Assembly: GCA_946624065.1 (NCBI GenBank)
Contig: CAMORT010000004.1
Coordinates: 5,142 to 69,141 of the forward strand
Reading direction: 5' to 3'
DNA from: an uncultured Bacteroidales bacterium
Lineage (GTDB): Bacteria; Bacteroidota; Bacteroidia; Bacteroidales; WCHB1-69
Length of the DNA: 64,000 nucleotides
Shown piece by piece: positions 8,334 to 21,025 of this stretch. The notes beneath the pieces were generated by a model, which saw nothing but the letters and a program-made list of their open reading frames with translations, searched no databases and was not told where the DNA came from. The first letter of the stretch is position 1; each line of letters begins with the position of its first letter. The position numbers were made by a program, and so were the translations under genes.

Positions 8334-11300
8334 ATGAAAGATATTTTGCGTAATTTTCTTGAGAAAAACAAACAAGATTCTGGTTTAATGTTGTTACCGT
8401 TAACAACTGGGTCAGGGAAAACTCATCATGTTCTTGAATATATTGCTGATTTACTTACGCGAAACAGAGAACAAAAGGTGTTCTTTATAACAACGCAAAA
8501 GAAGAATCTCCCTGTCGAAAAACTACGCAGCTTATACAAGGGTAGTGATTTTGATGAAAGGGTTTTGCGAATCCAGTCAGTAATGGATTGTGTAAAAGAA
8601 AACTTGACTGATGAATTGGTTAAAGAAATTAAAGACAAACACCCAATTCTTGCAAGTTCCCCGAAATTCAGAATGTTAGTTGCTGTTCGCAGAGAAATAC
8701 TTCGTATTGGCGATGAAAACATAGAAACGGGACGGGTGGCAGAACGTGATTTTCGTGATGAGCTGTTAAGTTTTCTAAAAAAGGACTGTAAAAAAGAAGA
8801 TCTTCTAAATAAAATAAAAACAGACATGTCATGGCGATGGGTCGGTAAATTATATCCAATGGTTTACACAGCGGAACGACAAGTTTATTTTATGAGTATG
8901 GACAAATTTATGCTCCCGTATAACACTCTTGTTGATCCGATAGAGAAACTTGTTGATAGTAAGTGGTTCCATGGCGCGTATGTCTTTATTGATGAATTTG
9001 ATGCAACAAAAGGAACCGTTCTCAATAGAATTATTGATGACAAATACAATAAAATCAATCTAATAGCATTGGCAAAAAAAATCACACAAGGTTTAAACTA
9101 TACCGATTTCCCAGCTATTTATACAGATACCGAGAAAATAATTAAAAATAACTTAACTAATTTCAATCAATTAAGCAAGGATTATTGTTTTAAATACGCA
9201 TTCAAAACATCAGATGAGATTAAATCAACAGATAGTTTTTTGTTTCACGATAACGGATATTGGGGACAAACCACAGAGAAGAGCTTAATAGTGAGAACCG
9301 ACACCCAGCGAAAACAGAACATTATTAATTATAAATCTGGAGATAACGACAATAAAACATATACGCTATATGAGCTTTTGTCTAAAATACAGAGCAAACT
9401 AACGTATTTTCAGAATGGCGTTTCATATATCGCCAAAGACTACACCAACAAAAAAGATGTAAATCTTAAAACTGCGGTTGATTCTTTTTTAAACTTATTT
9501 CTTGATAATCCTTTTAGCGATTACATTTCCGCACAGGTGATGTCGATTTTACGGGCAGAGAATGATAAGAAAAGCGATATATCTATAATGGACAAATTTG
9601 ATACATCATTCTATAAAAAAGGGTTTCGCTATACCAGATTGGAGAATGATGACTTTAGTAATGCGGAACAATCAGAGGTGACTTTATACTCCTATAATGA
9701 TACGCCTGAATCTGTAATGGAGAAAATGGCTAAAGTCGCAAAGATTGTGGGAATTTCGGCGACGGCTACACTTAAAACCGTATTAGGGAACTACGATATT
9801 GATTATTTGCGACGTAAGTTGCTTGACAAATACTATGTCTTGAGAGAAGATGAACAAAAACACTTGAAAAATTTCCTCAATGAATCAAAGAAGAATTATC
9901 ACAAAACTAATATCAATGTTGAATTTACTGATATTTCAGAAAAAGAATATACCGATGAAGTATGGTTGAACATTGTTTCGGAAACAGATGCACAAGAAAT
10001 AACAGAAGCATTAAATAATAGTTATGGCACTAACAATTATATAAAATTCAGATTTTATAAAATATCGTGGGCATTCAAACAATTCTATTCGCACGATGAT
10101 ATTAAATCATTCTTGTGCTTTATGAATTTGCACCCAAAAAAAGGGAATGATTTGGGTTGTGAGATGTTGTCTTTTATTTTTGATAAAATAACAGGGGAAA
10201 ATGGTGGAGCAAAAAATTTGATAGAATATTTAAACAACGAAGGAGAAGGTTATGATAGTAATTTGAATCGAGTAAGAGATCGTTTAAGCAAAGGAGATAG
10301 ATTGTTTGTAATATCTGTTTACAAAACTCTTGGTACTGGCCAAAACCCACAATACAAAATTCCAAATGGCATCGAAGTAGTAAAAATCAACGACAAATAT
10401 GATAAAGACGAAAAGGATTTTGACGCAATCTATTTGGACAAACCTACTCATATAATCAGCAATTTATATGATACTTCACAACTAAAATGGGATGAGAATG
10501 ATTTCTTAAAGTTTGTTTTTGAGATGGAGTATTTGTGTCAAAACGGAGATATAAGCGTGTCACAAAAAAGAGAACTGATAAATGCTGGTTCTAGAAAGTT
10601 GTGTGGTATACCTTGCAAAAGAAAAAGAGATATAGACGTTGAACGTATGCAGCCATACAAAGGCTTAGCGACACAGGTGATAAATCAAGGTTGCGGGCGT
10701 ATTTGTCGTACTAACAAGAAGAACAAGAACATATACATTTTTGCAGATAGAGATATTTCAAGTGTAATTGACCCTTCGGCAAGAACGGCAATCCCATTGA
10801 GCCCTGAATTTGAAAAATTGCTCGACGAGTTAGAAAAGATTGGTATTCAAGAATCTGCACCAACATTATATGAGGAAAAGGCTAAAAAAATTGCAACAGA
10901 TACATCCCGAACTATTGGCAGTTATTTATCCTGGGAAGATAGGTGGACAGCTAACAAAATAGATGAGTGGAAGCAAATGCGGTCGTACGCATTATTATTC
11001 CCTACTCCCAACGAACAAGAGTTCAAAACTTTTCCACTTTGTGATATGTATGTTGAATTGCCGGAAAAACAGTCGGCATATTGGTATGACCAATCGGAAG
11101 ATTATGGGAAATTTGACGCAATCAGTTTTACGAAGAAATTATCTCAGGAAGTATCCGAAGAAGATTGCCAGTTGAAAACATTGATGAAAATTCCAGGCAT
11201 AAAAGAATTATTTGAAAGGAAAGGCTATAATACATTCTGGACCCCTACCAAATATATGATGTCACCTTCTTTGTATAGTCGAATATATAAGGGCGCATTG

Positions 11301-11681
11301 GGCGAGGTTGTTGGGAAACAAATATTTAAAGACACAATAGATGTTGAGCTGGAAGACATAGAAGATAGTTCTGTTTATGAATTCTTAGATTACAAGGTGC
11401 CGGGTAAACCTATATATGTGGATTTCAAGTTGTGGAAAGAATTTGATTTGGGTAAGGATAAATCTGATAAACAACGTTCGGAGATTTTCGCTAAAGCGAA
11501 AAAATGTAAAGCCAAAAAAGTTTTCATTGTCAATATTTGCTCAACAACCGAACGCTCATGTAAACCACCAATTGAAGAAGAAGGCTGCACTTTATTCGAA
11601 ATACCACAATTATACTATGAGAATGGAGACCAAGTTAAACTCTCTATTAGTTCAATAGAAACAATATCCAAACACTTATGA
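8334..11681 (+). CDS. SF2 (DExD/H-type) helicase fused to a C-terminal PD-(D/E)xK-like nuclease motif; the large subunit of a candidate two-gene defence system (DdmD-like architecture)
   Basis: The ORF is 1115 aa. Motif I is LPLTTGSGKTH (aa 21-31, nt 8394-8426). Motif II is VFIDEFD (aa 217-223, nt 8982-9002). Motif III is GISATAT (nt 9750-9770). Motif VI is QGCGRICR (aa 785-792, nt 10686-10709). The C-terminal EFLD(1019)YKVPGKPIYVD(1030)FK(1032) fits D...(D/E)xK. The region is AT-rich. The stop overlaps the next ATG. Confidence 0.8.
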   Translation: MKDILRNFLEKNKQDSGLMLLPLTTGSGKTHHVLEYIADLLTRNREQKVFFITTQKKNLPVEKLRSLYKGSDFDERVLRIQSVMDCVKENLTDELVKEIKDKHPILASSPKFRMLVAVRREILRIGDENIETGRVAERDFRDELLSFLKKDCKKEDLLNKIKTDMSWRWVGKLYPMVYTAERQVYFMSMDKFMLPYNTLVDPIEKLVDSKWFHGAYVFIDEFDATKGTVLNRIIDDKYNKINLIALAKKITQGLNYTDFPAIYTDTEKIIKNNLTNFNQLSKDYCFKYAFKTSDEIKSTDSFLFHDNGYWGQTTEKSLIVRTDTQRKQNIINYKSGDNDNKTYTLYELLSKIQSKLTYFQNGVSYIAKDYTNKKDVNLKTAVDSFLNLFLDNPFSDYISAQVMSILRAENDKKSDISIMDKFDTSFYKKGFRYTRLENDDFSNAEQSEVTLYSYNDTPESVMEKMAKVAKIVGISATATLKTVLGNYDIDYLRRKLLDKYYVLREDEQKHLKNFLNESKKNYHKTNINVEFTDISEKEYTDEVWLNIVSETDAQEITEALNNSYGTNNYIKFRFYKISWAFKQFYSHDDIKSFLCFMNLHPKKGNDLGCEMLSFIFDKITGENGGAKNLIEYLNNEGEGYDSNLNRVRDRLSKGDRLFVISVYKTLGTGQNPQYKIPNGIEVVKINDKYDKDEKDFDAIYLDKPTHIISNLYDTSQLKWDENDFLKFVFEMEYLCQNGDISVSQKRELINAGSRKLCGIPCKRKRDIDVERMQPYKGLATQVINQGCGRICRTNKKNKNIYIFADRDISSVIDPSARTAIPLSPEFEKLLDELEKIGIQESAPTLYEEKAKKIATDTSRTIGSYLSWEDRWTANKIDEWKQMRSYALLFPTPNEQEFKTFPLCDMYVELPEKQSAYWYDQSEDYGKFDAISFTKKLSQEVSEEDCQLKTLMKIPGIKELFERKGYNTFWTPTKYMMSPSLYSRIYKGALGEVVGKQIFKDTIDVELEDIEDSSVYEFLDYKVPGKPIYVDFKLWKEFDLGKDKSDKQRSEIFAKAKKCKAKKVFIVNICSTTERSCKPPIEEEGCTLFEIPQLYYENGDQVKLSISSIETISKHL

Positions 11682-13495
11682 AAATAAATACCAATCGAAT
11701 TGTTTATGAATTGGATGCCATACAAATGGCATCGTTATATGATGTTTATTCGTTGAAAACGACAAATGATCGATTCCATTCAGGAGCGAAGTTGATTGAC
11801 GAATTATCTGATAATAAACGCATTATATCAGTGGTGTTTGTTTCAAGAAAAGAATATTTGATAATGCTGAAGAAAGGCATAGAAAGCAGGTTTGATTTGC
11901 TTGATAACATTCGCAAACAGAAAGACGGCGACAAGATTACATTAACTGATTATTTGTCTGGAAAAACCAATGATTATTACTTGCTTCAACTTCTTTTGAA
12001 TGCCCTCGGTACGCGCCAAACAAAGTTTGAATCGTACAATAATGTTACTGGGCATTTGTATTGCTTCAGTCCCAATTGGATAAAAAGGTTTCATTCTGAA
12101 ATCATCAGTATTCCCACTATGGACATCCGTTTGACATCGGGCATTTTGACTTGGAATATCTGCACATTCAACTCGCTGAAATACAAGAATGTGATGGATT
12201 TTGGGAAACGGAACATTTCGGAGTTTCCGCAATACACAATCTCTGCCAATTATACATTGCGCCGAAAATTAAAAGATGATGGTAAAACGGATGCCTATAT
12301 TCAACGAAGGATTTTCGACGAGAAAACAAGCAAAACATTTCTCGATATTTCTGATGAGAAAGCATTTGATGAAAGCAAGATGGGAATCATTACAAAAGTG
12401 GTTTCACAGTTCAACGAGAAATACAAAGGGCTGGCAAATTTGAATTTTGAGCAACAGGAATCGGCGTCAACTATTGAGTATTCAAGCAACCGGGAAAAAA
12501 GACTATTGAACGAACGACTTACAAGGATGCTATCAAAACAAAAGGTCATTCTAGTCGATCTAATAGGAGATGAGAAATCGGCAATCCAATGCGAAAAAAT
12601 AGTTTCTGTTTTCAAATCATACTTTGGAATATCGGTAAAACAAGCCAAAAGACTGTCGAAAGATGCATATAATTTAAGATTGATACACAAGGACTCATAT
12701 TATGGTGATAATTTTGCAGATCCACATGACGAAACTAACCTATCGAAATATACTGTTCAACACATAACAACAGAGAATTTCAATGATAAAGGATCAGATG
12801 TTTATCTTCGGGCTATCGCATTCAATGTCGTAGAAGAATTAATCATTAAAGATGATTTAAGGAATGGAGCTATCTCAATTGTTAATTGGTCTGAATACAA
12901 ATTCAAAGACAATTTGATTTTTGGCCTTGAACACGATATTCCATCTAAAACCGGTGGAACAATCAGTCAATTCTTTTTTATGGCCATAAAACCTGATGGA
13001 CGGTTTGAGATACGACAACTGGAGAACGATTTGTTCTCCTCTGATGAATACCATAAATATTTAAAAATCTTTACTTCTTGCGAGGAAGAGACAGTAAAAG
13101 GCATCGTTAAATGTGGCGAGAACATTAATGTTATCCATGAGACAGGATTACATACGGTTCCAAATATTTTTGGATTGAAAGATGAGTTGGCAAAGGGTAA
13201 TAACAAACTCAAAAATAAAGAAGCTCGAGATAATTATTTGTCTGCATTACTTGATGTGAAAACATTTGAAAAGGATAAGGAGTTGTATTATTATGTGGGA
13301 GAAATGGGAGTCGGCATAAATAGCACATTATCAGGTGTACCTATCCGTAGAATAGAAAAATTTGAGGATTCTTCTTTATTCTTCGACAAACTTTTACCAC
13401 TTATGGGAGTGACATTTGTCCGCAACGGACAGTTGACGGTTGTACCATTTCCGTTTAAGTATTTGAGAGAATACATAACGACTATGAAACCCTAA
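11678..13495 (+). CDS. 605-aa partner protein, translationally coupled to the helicase-nuclease; the C-terminal half shows a degenerate MID/PIWI-like (Argonaute-like, DdmE-like) motif pattern
   Basis: An ATGA start/stop overlap lies at 11678-11681. A Rossmann-like segment reads KVILVDLIGDEKS...FKSYFGISVKQ. PIWI-like landmarks are LIFGLEHD (nt 12923-12937; canonical GxDV), NVIHETG (nt 13130-13147; canonical RDG) and VVPFPFKYLREY (nt 13439-13474; canonical PxPxxYA-D/H). The assignment is by eye only. Confidence 0.55.
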   Translation: MKINTNRIVYELDAIQMASLYDVYSLKTTNDRFHSGAKLIDELSDNKRIISVVFVSRKEYLIMLKKGIESRFDLLDNIRKQKDGDKITLTDYLSGKTNDYYLLQLLLNALGTRQTKFESYNNVTGHLYCFSPNWIKRFHSEIISIPTMDIRLTSGILTWNICTFNSLKYKNVMDFGKRNISEFPQYTISANYTLRRKLKDDGKTDAYIQRRIFDEKTSKTFLDISDEKAFDESKMGIITKVVSQFNEKYKGLANLNFEQQESASTIEYSSNREKRLLNERLTRMLSKQKVILVDLIGDEKSAIQCEKIVSVFKSYFGISVKQAKRLSKDAYNLRLIHKDSYYGDNFADPHDETNLSKYTVQHITTENFNDKGSDVYLRAIAFNVVEELIIKDDLRNGAISIVNWSEYKFKDNLIFGLEHDIPSKTGGTISQFFFMAIKPDGRFEIRQLENDLFSSDEYHKYLKIFTSCEEETVKGIVKCGENINVIHETGLHTVPNIFGLKDELAKGNNKLKNKEARDNYLSALLDVKTFEKDKELYYYVGEMGVGINSTLSGVPIRRIEKFEDSSLFFDKLLPLMGVTFVRNGQLTVVPFPFKYLREYITTMKP

Positions 13496-13590
13496 AATCC
13501 ATGCTGACACAAAAACACGGTTAACCAAAGGTTCGTCCGCCGGCAGGAACGATCTGTAAACACTTGCCCGATTTAGTCTCCGAGCTGAAG

Positions 13591-13860
13591 CTACTCTGCC
13601 AATTTAATAAGCGGTTCGCCCAAAGCAGTGGAAATCTCGGATAATGTTCTAAATGTGAAGTTAGGAAGGCCTGTGATCCAACGAGAGACCACCGCTTCGT
13701 TTTTTCCCAACTTTTTCGCCAAGTCACGCTGCGTCATGTTCTTTTCATTAAGAATCTTGTCAATGCGTGCAATGATACCTGCAGACATCTGCACCTCCGA
13801 CATGATTTCCGGCGAAACTTGCTCTACTCTGGATTTGAACCATTCTTGCTTGTCGTTCAT
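13591..13860 (-). CDS. XRE-family helix-turn-helix transcriptional regulator
   Basis: The 89-aa ORF contains KNMTQRDLAKKLGKNEAVVSRWITGLPNFTFRTLSEISTALG, a classic HTH_3/Cro-C1 pattern. It is convergent with the 605-aa gene. Confidence 0.85.
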   Translation of the reverse strand: MNDKQEWFKSRVEQVSPEIMSEVQMSAGIIARIDKILNEKNMTQRDLAKKLGKNEAVVSRWITGLPNFTFRTLSEISTALGEPLIKLAE

Positions 13861-14063
13861 ATTTCAAAAATAATGTTGTCTGTACCAACAAGTTCTTTTT
13901 CGTTAACGCTGATATAGCCCTTTTCAATGTTTTCCTTCAAAATTCTCTCAAACCTTTGCAAATCTAACACATAACCATACAGTTTCGGATCTTCCTGATA
14001 ACTCTTAGTGCTTTTTACTCCTCCATTCCCTAGAATAACGATTTGCTCGAAGTTCTTTGTGAT
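13857..14063 (-). pseudogene. Decayed small ORF upstream of the XRE gene and overlapping it; possibly a toxin-like remnant
   Basis: A 68-codon open frame (ITKNFEQIVILGNGGVKSTKSYQEDPKLYGYVLDLQRFERILKENIEKGYISVNEKELVGTDNIIFEI) has no start codon. Its TGA overlaps the XRE ATG (ATATGA). The only nearby ATG (14095, MKKMTLDKISESQRTSSKSLF*) is in a different frame, consistent with a frameshift. Confidence 0.3.
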
Positions 14064-14101
14064 TCAGAAATTTTGTCCAATGTCATCTTCTTCATACGCT
14101 G

Positions 14102-14109
14102 CAAAAATA
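14102..14109 (-). promoter_or_regulatory. Candidate -7 box (TATTTTTG on the minus strand) for the decayed ORF and XRE transcript
   Basis: The plus-strand sequence is CAAAAATA, whose reverse complement is TATTTTTG. It lies just upstream of the ATG at 14095. Confidence 0.35.
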
Positions 14110-14439
14110 TTAAAATAATTGATATATATGTCAAGTTTGTTTATTTTTTTCTTATCTGCGCAGACATGCCTCACTAACCTCTCACACAGACAATCTGCTC
14201 GGGGTTAATGAAATGGTGCGCTTTCAGCACGCACTTCGCTCTCTTTTTGTCATGGTCTGTTTCTACTTTGCAATATTACAACACAAAAAACTCATTATCA
14301 AGTATTTTGCAAAATTTCATATCAGAGTGGTTTTCAAATAAATATATAATAAAAATTTACAATTAATTATACAAATTGTTAATTTTCAATGTGTGTATTC
14401 GGAATAATCAAAAGAAATGTTGCCTTCAACTAAAATCAC

Positions 14440-14447
14440 TATCTTTG
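14440..14447 (+). promoter_or_regulatory. Candidate -7 box (TATCTTTG) for uvrC
   Basis: The TAnnTTTG motif lies 32 nt upstream of the uvrC ATG. Confidence 0.45.
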
Positions 14448-14478
14448 CCCACAATTTCTCATCATCTCATCCGCCCAC

Positions 14479-16269
14479 ATGAAAGAGGTACGCGAAAATC
14501 TGAAACTCATACTCAAAACCCTGCCTGAAAAGCCGGGCGTATATCGCTTTTTGGACGACAAAGGCACCATCATATATGTTGGCAAGGCCAAGCGTTTGAA
14601 ACGGCGCGTATCCTCCTATTTCAACAAAGAGCATGATTCCGCCAAAGTCCGTATGCTCGTCACCAAAATCCGCGACATACAAACCACTGTGGTGGACACC
14701 GAATGGGAAGCGTTGCTGCTGGAGAACAGCATGATCAAGCAGTTCAAACCACATTACAACATCATGCTGAAAGACGACAAATCGTATCCTTGGATAGCCG
14801 TCACCAAAGAGGAGTTTCCCCGGATTTTCCCCACCCGGCGTCCCGAACCCGACAAGATGCAACTATTCGGCCCCTATTCGTCTGTAAAACAGATGAATGT
14901 GCTGCTGGACACCATCAACGAGATGTTCCCTCTGCGCAAATGCAAACGGTTGGTGAAAAACGACCGGCCCTGCATGCAGTATCAGGTGCACAACTGTTCG
15001 GCACCCTGCTGTGGATACATCACGGCCGAGCAATACCAGGCCAACATCCAAAAAAGCGTGGATATCATCAAGGGCAACCGGAAGGAAGTCATCAGCCGCT
15101 TGAAAGAGGAAATGATGAAATGTGCGGAGAACTGGGAGTTTGAAGAAGCGGGCAGAATCAAACAGCAAATCGAAATTCTGGAGAATTTTGTGGTGAAATC
15201 GGTGGTGGTCAGTCCGCAACTTACCAATCTGGATGTATTCGGAATGGAAGAGGACGACGACTGTGGTTACATCAGCTTCTTGCGCATTGTGGACGGTTCC
15301 ATCGTGCAAGCGCACACGCTGGAAATCAACAACAAGATGGATCGCAGTCGCGAGGACCTGCTTTGGGCAGGATTGCTGGAGATGGAGATGCGGTTGGGCG
15401 AGTTGTTCCCCAACATTCTGCTTCCCCTCATGCCGACCATTGAGACGGAGAAATGGACATTCCAGGTTCCCCAGCGGGGCGAGAAGCGCAAACTGGTGGA
15501 ATTGGCGGAGCGCAACGCCCATTTCTACATGCTGGAGAAGAAGAAACGGCAAGACTTGGTCGATCCTGAGCGCCGGAGCCAGCGCGTGCTCATGGCCCTG
15601 CAGCAAGCCCTCGGCATGAAAACACTACCCCGCCGTATCGAGTGCTTCGACAACTCCAACACCCAAGGCGAAGACCCTGTTGCCGCCATGAGCTGCTTTA
15701 TTGACGGCAAACCCGCCAAAAGCGAATATCGCCACTTCAATATCAAAACCGTGGTCGGTGCCGACGATTTCGCCTCCATGGAAGAGGTGATTTACCGCCG
15801 CTATCATCGCCTGCTGGAAGAGAACAAGCCCTTGCCCGACCTTGTGGTCATTGACGGCGGGAAAGGCCAACTGAACGCCGCCTGGAAATCCATACAAGCG
15901 CTGAACATTGAAGACCGGCTGATGATGGTGGGCATTGCCAAACGGTTGGAAGACATTTACAAAGTGGGCGATGAATACCCCATCTATATCGACAAAAAAT
16001 CAGAAGCACAGAAACTGCTTCAGCATGTGCGCGACGAAGTGCACCGCTTTGGCATCACGCATCACCGCAAACGCCGCTCCAAGACCAGCATAGCTTCCGC
16101 CTTGGACAAAGCGCCCGGCATAGGACCCGTGCTCAAACAACGGCTGCTGAGCAAATTCAAGAGCGTGAGCCGCATCAAAACCGCTACTATGGCAGAACTG
16201 GCAGAAGTGTTAGGTCCCAAGAAAGCCGAAACCCTTTTGGCATATTTTCACACGCTTAACGACAAATAA
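14479..16269 (+). CDS. uvrC: Excinuclease ABC subunit C
   Basis: The ORF is 596 aa. The GIY-YIG N-terminus reads PGVYRFLDDKGTIIYVGKAKRLKRRVSSYF. The C-terminal (HhH)2 region reads LDKAPGIGPVLKQRLLSKFKSVSRIKTATMAELAEV. Confidence 0.95.
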   Translation: MKEVRENLKLILKTLPEKPGVYRFLDDKGTIIYVGKAKRLKRRVSSYFNKEHDSAKVRMLVTKIRDIQTTVVDTEWEALLLENSMIKQFKPHYNIMLKDDKSYPWIAVTKEEFPRIFPTRRPEPDKMQLFGPYSSVKQMNVLLDTINEMFPLRKCKRLVKNDRPCMQYQVHNCSAPCCGYITAEQYQANIQKSVDIIKGNRKEVISRLKEEMMKCAENWEFEEAGRIKQQIEILENFVVKSVVVSPQLTNLDVFGMEEDDDCGYISFLRIVDGSIVQAHTLEINNKMDRSREDLLWAGLLEMEMRLGELFPNILLPLMPTIETEKWTFQVPQRGEKRKLVELAERNAHFYMLEKKKRQDLVDPERRSQRVLMALQQALGMKTLPRRIECFDNSNTQGEDPVAAMSCFIDGKPAKSEYRHFNIKTVVGADDFASMEEVIYRRYHRLLEENKPLPDLVVIDGGKGQLNAAWKSIQALNIEDRLMMVGIAKRLEDIYKVGDEYPIYIDKKSEAQKLLQHVRDEVHRFGITHHRKRRSKTSIASALDKAPGIGPVLKQRLLSKFKSVSRIKTATMAELAEVLGPKKAETLLAYFHTLNDK

Positions 16270-16296
16270 CACTTTGTTTATTTCATTCTTTTATAT

Positions 16297-16325
16297 TGAA
16301 AAAGGGTGAAACCGAAGTTCCACCC
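16297..16325 (-). terminator. Rho-independent terminator ending the rpoBC-DUF3467 transcript
   Basis: On the minus strand, GGGTGGAAC-TTCG-GTTTCACCC (one mismatch) is followed by TTTTTC. It lies between the convergent uvrC and the DUF3467 gene. Confidence 0.55.
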
Positions 16326-16370
16326 TATCCATCATTAATATAAAAAACTTGAACGTATTCGGAAGATTAT

Positions 16371-16667
16371 TTATGCCAGGCCCCCATTATTCATCATTGG
16401 AGGAATAGCGCCTTGCGGATTGTCCACTATAACACCATTCTGTCCCTCATACTTGGAGATGTTGTCCGCAAGCGCGTTCAACAACCGTTTGGCGTTCTGG
16501 GGTGTCATAATGATACGGGAACGAACTGTACCTTTTTGAACACCGGGCAGCATAGCCACGAAATCCACTATGAATTCCGAATTGGAATGAGAGATGATAG
16601 CCAAGTTGGAATATACGCCTTGTGCTATCTCTTCTGGCAAATTAATGTCGATTTTCTGATCTGGCAT
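16371..16667 (-). CDS. DUF3467 domain protein
   Basis: The 98-aa ORF contains INLPEEIAQGVYSNLAIISHSNSEFIVDFVAMLPG...RIIMTPQNAKRLLNAL, the conserved small gene usually found just downstream of rpoC in Bacteroidota. Confidence 0.8.
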   Translation of the reverse strand: MPDQKIDINLPEEIAQGVYSNLAIISHSNSEFIVDFVAMLPGVQKGTVRSRIIMTPQNAKRLLNALADNISKYEGQNGVIVDNPQGAIPPMMNNGGLA

Positions 16668-16682
16668 GATTCCTTTTATTTT

Positions 16683-20999
<4,317 letters not shown>

Positions 21000-21025
21000 G
21001 ATTTACAAAATTATTTTTTGTTGTC

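Noticed and set aside
7767-8375. A 202-aa minus-strand ORF spanning the end of the beta-propeller gene and the start of the helicase gene
   Set aside because: Most of it is antisense to two well-supported CDSs. Only the 8061-8225 portion lies in non-coding DNA, and that is reported separately as a low-interest possible gene stump.
13521-13873. ORFs 13521-13727 (-) and 13628-13873 (+) overlapping the XRE gene
   Set aside because: They are alternative frames or the antisense strand of the clear HTH protein and have no motifs.
14157-14260. A GC-richer patch with small hairpins (GTGCGCTTTCAGCACGCAC followed by a T-rich run) in the AT-rich spacer before uvrC
   Set aside because: I could not fold it into a tRNA or other recognisable RNA, and there is no upstream + strand gene for it to terminate. 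It may be a relic of the original junction, but the evidence is insufficient.
8061-14478. Calling the island a mobile element, or looking for a CRISPR array
   Set aside because: I found no integrase, transposase, relaxase, terminal inverted or direct repeats, or regularly spaced repeats. It is annotated only as a compositional island.
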